This document shows, piece by piece, positions 59,641 through 64,000 of a stretch of 64,000 nt of DNA (its first letter is position 1; each line of letters opens with the position of its first letter). The stretch covers positions 7,641 to 71,640 of the forward strand of contig JBGZBU010000026.1 in assembly GCA_041844835.1 (NCBI GenBank), written 5' to 3'. Below the pieces are notes generated by a model. The model made no database searches and was not told the DNA's origin. It worked only from the letters and a program-made list of their open reading frames with translations. The position numbers and the translations under genes are program-made. This DNA is from Anaerovoracaceae bacterium. Lineage in GTDB: Bacteria; Bacillota; Clostridia; Peptostreptococcales; Anaerovoracaceae.

Positions 59641-60057
59641 TCATTCAGTTTTGGCGCTCCTTTTTATGACTTTCAAAATAGAGAAAACAGCAGCTCCGAC
59701 AGCCGCTCCAACTGCTGCTCCTGCAGTAGAAATCATCAGAATTTCGATATCTCTAAATCTATTTGCTGAAAACGCAAATATCCCTGATAGAAGTGCAAAT
59801 GCAATAGCAAAACTTAAAAGAATTTGATTTTTCATTTTTTTGCCCATTGATGTTAATGGCTCAACCCCTTTTAACAGGTAATCGGTTGACACCTCGAAAT
59901 AATCGCTTAACAAAATTATTTTATCAATATCGGGGAGACTCTGTTCACTTTCCCATTTCGATATCGCTTGCCGTGAAACTCCCAATTTTTCGGCAAGTTC
60001 CTCCTGAGAAAGACCCTTGATTTTTCTAAGCTCTCTTATGCGATCTGCAATATTCAT
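59641..60057 (-). CDS. XRE-family HTH protein with a C-terminal membrane anchor (2 TM helices)
   Basis: The HTH is IRELRKIKGLSQEELAEKLGVSRQAISKWESEQSLP. Two hydrophobic helices follow. The RBS is AAAGGTGG. Confidence 0.8.
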   Translation of the reverse strand: MNIADRIRELRKIKGLSQEELAEKLGVSRQAISKWESEQSLPDIDKIILLSDYFEVSTDYLLKGVEPLTSMGKKMKNQILLSFAIAFALLSGIFAFSANRFRDIEILMISTAGAAVGAAVGAAVFSILKVIKRSAKTE

Positions 60058-60379
60058 ATAAACACCACCTTTCTTTTAGATTTTACATTGAAGGGCGTCT
60101 TGTTTCTACCAACCACACCTTGATATTTGGCAACCTACGGTTGCAATCATACTGCTATACCTCAGATTCTAGTTCCCCAACCGATATTTCCCCAAAAGCC
60201 TCCCGACAAAATAATGGGAGAATTTCTAAACAGTTCATATATCTTATCCCCTCTTGTCCAGCTGTTGTTCAAACTTGATATGTCAATTGATATCGTTTTA
60301 TATAAATGGCACAAAATCAATGTTTTTATTATCGGGTTTAGCCTTATTATCCGTTATATTTCTGTTTATCCGATCAATA

Positions 60380-61390
60380 TCATTTTATTTTTTTATCCAA
60401 TTCACCCATTATTTCATCCAATACCTTTCCGATATCATCGTCTATACAAATACTTCTGTCTTTAATTTCTTCCGGGCAAAATGCTTCTCCATAGTTGATA
60501 CACGCATATACCGCTTTTTCATTGTTCATTGTCATCCGCCAAAAAGGATATTTCACAATGACCGGCGTATTTGCGCCAATGCCTAATTCCAAAAACAAAA
60601 TATGCTTGTCTTTATTTGTTTGAAGAAATTCATAATAGGATTCAGATGCTCTATGCCAGCCTTCATCCTCCACAAAGGAATCATCTGCACGAAGATTCAT
60701 TGTTACATCTGAATTATCATCAGGGCATTTAGGAATTAAATTTGTTGGAATTTCCATAGATAAGTTTCTATTATCCGGCACAGCAAAGATTCCGTCCGCA
60801 TCTTGAACAAATCCTTGAGCTTCCATCGCTTTCATAACCCACTGCGCGTTATCATAGGTCTTTTGAATTTTAGGATTAACACTTTGAAACAGACCGTAAT
60901 CACCTTGCGTATAGAATAATTTAGCTTTGCAAAAACCCGCTCTTTGGAATTGATGGTCAACATTTGTCGTAATCACAAAGTAATTCTTATCTTTTAGAAG
61001 AGAAAGCAAGTTTCTATAGATCGGCTTAGGTGGTTCGATATATCTGTTAAAGTAGATGTGCCTTGCCCACCATGCCCAGCTTATTTCATTACTTGGGAAC
61101 GGATAAAATCCGCCTGAGTACATATCTTTTATTCCGTATTTTTCTGCAAAATCGAAGAAATACTTTTCAAATCTTTCCCCACTATAAGTCAAACCGGCAG
61201 ATGTGGATAATCCTGCACCGGCACCTATTACGACAGCTTCGGCGTTTTGAATTTCGTTTTTTAATTTTTTGATTTGTTCTGCTTTTGCAGTATTTTCGGA
61301 AGACATACCCCTGTAAAAACTGCGCACCCCAATTAACCCCTGCTGAATTGTTTCTCTGTAACCATCTCTTTCATCGCAATAATTCTTCAT
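60380..61390 (-). CDS. SIR2-family protein of the macrodomain-linked SirTM type (putative protein ADP-ribosyltransferase)
   Basis: It has the NAD-binding GAGAGLSTSAGL and ITTNVDHQF motifs. It reads YTQGDYG where canonical sirtuins carry the catalytic His. The start could be 61444. It overlaps the upstream macrodomain gene. Confidence 0.7.
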   Translation of the reverse strand: MKNYCDERDGYRETIQQGLIGVRSFYRGMSSENTAKAEQIKKLKNEIQNAEAVVIGAGAGLSTSAGLTYSGERFEKYFFDFAEKYGIKDMYSGGFYPFPSNEISWAWWARHIYFNRYIEPPKPIYRNLLSLLKDKNYFVITTNVDHQFQRAGFCKAKLFYTQGDYGLFQSVNPKIQKTYDNAQWVMKAMEAQGFVQDADGIFAVPDNRNLSMEIPTNLIPKCPDDNSDVTMNLRADDSFVEDEGWHRASESYYEFLQTNKDKHILFLELGIGANTPVIVKYPFWRMTMNNEKAVYACINYGEAFCPEEIKDRSICIDDDIGKVLDEIMGELDKKIK

Positions 61391-62177
61391 AATATTTCTT
61401 ATCCTTGTCTTTAAAAACATTAAAAACAACTCTTTCCATTGCATCAGGATGTTTTAAAGCCCATTTCCCCACTGTTTCTACAGCAATCTGTGCCGCTCTT
61501 TCATTTGGAAAGTGAAATACACCTGTCGATATACAACAAAATGCCACGCTCTTAAGCCCATTTTCTATGCACATATCCAATGTGTTTACATAGCAATCTG
61601 CCAAACTTTTTTCCAATTCAGATGTAAGTTTATCACTAACTGTCGGACCGACAATGTGAATTACTTTTTTTGCAGGAAGATTGTAGGCATCTGTCAGCAT
61701 AGGAGCTGCCGTAGGTTGCTCATAATCACTTCCGTACTTTGATTTTAGCCTATTCATCTGACAATTACATTCTTCCCTGAGCTGCATTCCGGCAAAAGTA
61801 TGAATTTGATTATCAATACAGGTGTGCATAGGGATAAAACATCCAAGCATCTGTGAATTTGCTGCATTTACGATTACATCCACTTCAAGTCTTGTTATGT
61901 CACCTTGCCAAACAGACAGATTTTCTCTCATTACGGGGATATCCGATAGTTTTACAATGCCTTTTTCCAAAGCACAATAAGATAAATATTCATCCTGCAC
62001 TTTTATAACTTCATCGGACATTTTCTTCGGCATACGGATATTCATTAGAGATCGGAGAATCTTCTGTTTTTCATTTATATCATCCGGGATTTCTATATTT
62101 TCATATCTATCAGAATCAGCCTTTAATTCTTCTAAAAGGTAATTCAATCTTTCTTCTTGAGTTCTATCTTTCTCCAT
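61371..62177 (-). CDS. Macrodomain protein (MacroD-type protein-ADP-ribose hydrolase with an N-terminal helical extension)
   Basis: Motifs seen: VWQGDITRLEVDVIVNAANS, GCFIPMHTCID (Cys/His cluster), HIVGP, CISTGVFHFP. Confidence 0.8.
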   Translation of the reverse strand: MEKDRTQEERLNYLLEELKADSDRYENIEIPDDINEKQKILRSLMNIRMPKKMSDEVIKVQDEYLSYCALEKGIVKLSDIPVMRENLSVWQGDITRLEVDVIVNAANSQMLGCFIPMHTCIDNQIHTFAGMQLREECNCQMNRLKSKYGSDYEQPTAAPMLTDAYNLPAKKVIHIVGPTVSDKLTSELEKSLADCYVNTLDMCIENGLKSVAFCCISTGVFHFPNERAAQIAVETVGKWALKHPDAMERVVFNVFKDKDKKYYEELLR

Positions 62178-62418
62178 TTTTTTTACCTTCTTTACACTGA
62201 ATTCACAGGACAGACTATTAAACAGTACCCTCAGTCTAGATGATTTTATTTTATTTAATTATTAATTATGTAAGGGATAGCGGCTGTAAGCGGAATCCCT
62301 TCATTATCCGCAGTCGCAACTATAACAGTATGGATTTCGATGACTATATTTTAAATAATCGCTCGTTTTCATGATTGCCGTTCCTAAAAAAGATCCCGAT
62401 TTTCTCGGAGTCTAAACG

Positions 62419-62859
62419 TCATATTTCCTTTGCCAAAAGCTCCTGCATTCCACTTCTTAGATCATCTATCGTATATTTTTTCATCTCATTTTCCATTGCA
62501 AGTTGTATGGCTCTTAATTTATCATCAAGTAAGGCATGAATATTTCTCCCTACAGGACAATTTGGATTAGGACTGTTATGGAAATTGAAGAGATCTCCAT
62601 TTTCCACCGGTTCTATAGCCTCATATACGTCACAAAAGGTTATTTCTTTCAAAGGTCTTGTAGGTGTTATTCCCCCTGTTCCTCTTGCTACTGTAATCAG
62701 ACCTGCATTTTTTAACTGTGTAAGAATTTTTCGAATGATAACAGGATTTGTATTTATACTCCCTGCAAGAAAATCACTTGTTATTTTATGATCGTCTTTG
62801 AATGTATCTACACAGGTGAAAATATGCAAGGCCACCGTAAATCTGCTTGATATTTGCAT
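62419..62859 (-). CDS. Rrf2-family transcriptional regulator
   Basis: It begins MQISSRFTVALHIF, has a winged HTH, and is 146 aa long. Confidence 0.8.
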   Translation of the reverse strand: MQISSRFTVALHIFTCVDTFKDDHKITSDFLAGSINTNPVIIRKILTQLKNAGLITVARGTGGITPTRPLKEITFCDVYEAIEPVENGDLFNFHNSPNPNCPVGRNIHALLDDKLRAIQLAMENEMKKYTIDDLRSGMQELLAKEI

Positions 62860-62896
62860 AGTGTTTCCCTCCTGTTATCATTTTAGATCTGCTAAA

Positions 62897-62917
62897 ATGT
62901 AATGTCAATGATTACAT
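62897..62917. promoter_or_regulatory. Palindrome upstream of the Rrf2 gene (candidate operator)
   Basis: ATGTAAT-gtcaatg-ATTACAT lies 38 nt upstream of the Rrf2 start codon. Confidence 0.35.
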
Positions 62918-63236
62918 CAAAATTTTTTTCTACCTCCCCGGTCTTTGCAATAGAATGACGCAAAATTCAGATTTTATTATCTTTGTAAACAGATATTATT
63001 CCTCTTTCTCCTTATAAAAGCTACGCCCCGCAAGATTGGAAATCTAACTATCAAGGAATTTCAAAAAAAAGTATGTTCCTCTTGAGGAAAGCAATGTAAA
63101 GTTCTATAGAAGCGGTATCGGAGCAAAAGTTCCATCTGATATAAAATAAGCAAAGAAAAAGCGCATAGCTGAAAGATTTTTAAGTCTTAAAGTTATGTGC
63201 TTTTGGGTAATCAATATTTAGATAAACTGGGATTTA

Positions 63237-63818
63237 TCAGTCCAGTCTCTTTTCAGGCATATGTGCATAGAATACTCGCTTGGGGGCAAAGGATAGAATG
63301 CGTTCCCAATCACTTTTCAAATGTGCATTCTCCTCATAGGCTTCAAGATACTCTAATGGTTCAAGATCCCCAACAAAACAATCGCCATCATCCAAAACAA
63401 GAGAAATGCTGTCTTCACTATGACTTGGTGTGTGAATAATTTCACCATTAATACCTATGTGCGACAGGAACTCTCTGCTTTTTTCACTGGATATAACAGT
63501 CGCCAGCGTTTCATCAATTGGAGAACAAGGAATTTTGTCCCTTGTAAAAATATCATCCGAATAATGGATGAGATGTTGTTGTACATCCACCACAAGCAGT
63601 TTCACCCCCTGCTTCATTAGATCGCTTATAAGCCCCATGTGGTCTGGATGATAGTGCGATGCCAAAACATATTCTATATCTTTTACAGCAATGCCATTCT
63701 GCTTTATCGTCTTATAAAAATCTGCCCGAGTTCCTGCGTAGTCCGTATCGAATAGCAGACCACTGTTTGTCCCTTTAAGAAAGAATGTATTCGTATTGCC
63801 ATATTTCAGCCTAATCAT
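63237..63818 (-). CDS. MBL-fold metallo-hydrolase
   Basis: It has the HxHxDH motif (ASHYHPDHMG). The start is set at MIRLKYGN, after GAGGTG. Confidence 0.75.
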   Translation of the reverse strand: MIRLKYGNTNTFFLKGTNSGLLFDTDYAGTRADFYKTIKQNGIAVKDIEYVLASHYHPDHMGLISDLMKQGVKLLVVDVQQHLIHYSDDIFTRDKIPCSPIDETLATVISSEKSREFLSHIGINGEIIHTPSHSEDSISLVLDDGDCFVGDLEPLEYLEAYEENAHLKSDWERILSFAPKRVFYAHMPEKRLD

Positions 63819-63870
63819 TGTCCGCACCTCTTCCCTCTGAAAACGAAAATTTCTCAAACACTATTTCCAC

Positions 63871-63904
63871 AAAAAGCCTCCCACCAAAACGATGGGAGTT
63901 TTTC
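63871..63904. terminator. Hairpin terminator after the gene that enters from the right edge
   Basis: A5-GCCTCCCA-N9-TGGGAG-T6. Confidence 0.6.
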
Positions 63905-63942
63905 TGTTATCTCTTCCCTTATCGCCCTTTGATCAATAAGCA

Positions 63943-64000
63943 TCACTCGTAAAACTCGCTCAATTCAACAACTCCCTTTTCAGCTTGCATTTTCACCTTT
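63943..64000 (-). CDS. 3' end of an unidentified gene (enters from the right edge)
   Basis: My translation is ...KVKMQAEKGVVELSEFYE, stopping at 63945-63943. A terminator follows. Confidence 0.35.
   Translation of the reverse strand, partial: KVKMQAEKGVVELSEFYE

Noticed and set aside
60150-60235. A 27-codon ORF (MNCLEILPLFCREAFGEISVGELESEV) with a GAGGGG RBS downstream of the SirTM gene.
   Set aside because: It spans a terminator-like CTCCC/GGGAG hairpin and lies in degenerate AT-rich DNA. It is most likely fortuitous.
62304-62372. A 22-codon Cys-rich ORF (MKTSDYLKYSHRNPYCYSCDCG) between the Rrf2 and macro genes on the minus strand.
   Set aside because: The RBS is weak and the ORF is very short. 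It sits right after the Rrf2 terminator T-run, and I cannot assess conservation. The evidence is too thin to call.

Overview
The window looks like a Firmicutes/Clostridia-type chromosome. That is inferred from gene content: an SLH S-layer protein, WalRK plus YycH/I/J, CIRCE-controlled groES-groEL, and the rpsF-ssb-rpsR / gdpP-rplI-dnaB origin-proximal blocks. About 60 genes are present, mostly on the minus strand and tightly packed.

Layout:
- 1-8.0 kb: a divergent amino-acid oxidation locus. It holds permeases, an ADP-forming acyl-CoA synthetase and an ELFV dehydrogenase, facing a 4-subunit 2-oxoacid:ferredoxin oxidoreductase.
- 8-18 kb: pyk, mreB, a flavodiiron protein, transporters and small regulators.
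- 18-39.7 kb: one long co-directional housekeeping block. Transcription order is rpsF-ssb-rpsR, gdpP-rplI-dnaB, a DnaD-like gene, an M23 peptidase, walRK, ftsB-like, rnmV, rsmA, ltaS-like, aro genes, rnhA, yycH/I/J and rlmH.
- 39.9-55 kb: an atypical P1B ATPase, ABC transporters, groESL and a Na+/solute symporter.
- 55.5-64 kb: after tRNA-Ser(GGA) the sequence looks accessory and partly decayed.

Observations most worth follow-up:
1. An orphan three-repeat CRISPR mini-array (36-nt repeats, 30-nt spacers) with no cas genes. A fourth degenerate repeat copy 311 bp away has the conservation pattern expected of a tracrRNA anti-repeat.
2. A macrodomain plus SirTM-type sirtuin gene pair lacking the usual GcvH-L/LplA2 partners.
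3. A family of A-rich intergenic elements (T-rich as written on the + strand) with ACATGT cores. One forms an unusual 182-nt groES-groEL spacer.
4. A P1B ATPase with a non-CPC transmembrane motif.

No transposase, integrase, reverse transcriptase or recognisable multi-gene defence system was seen. All functional calls come from reading motifs in the translations; no database search was run.
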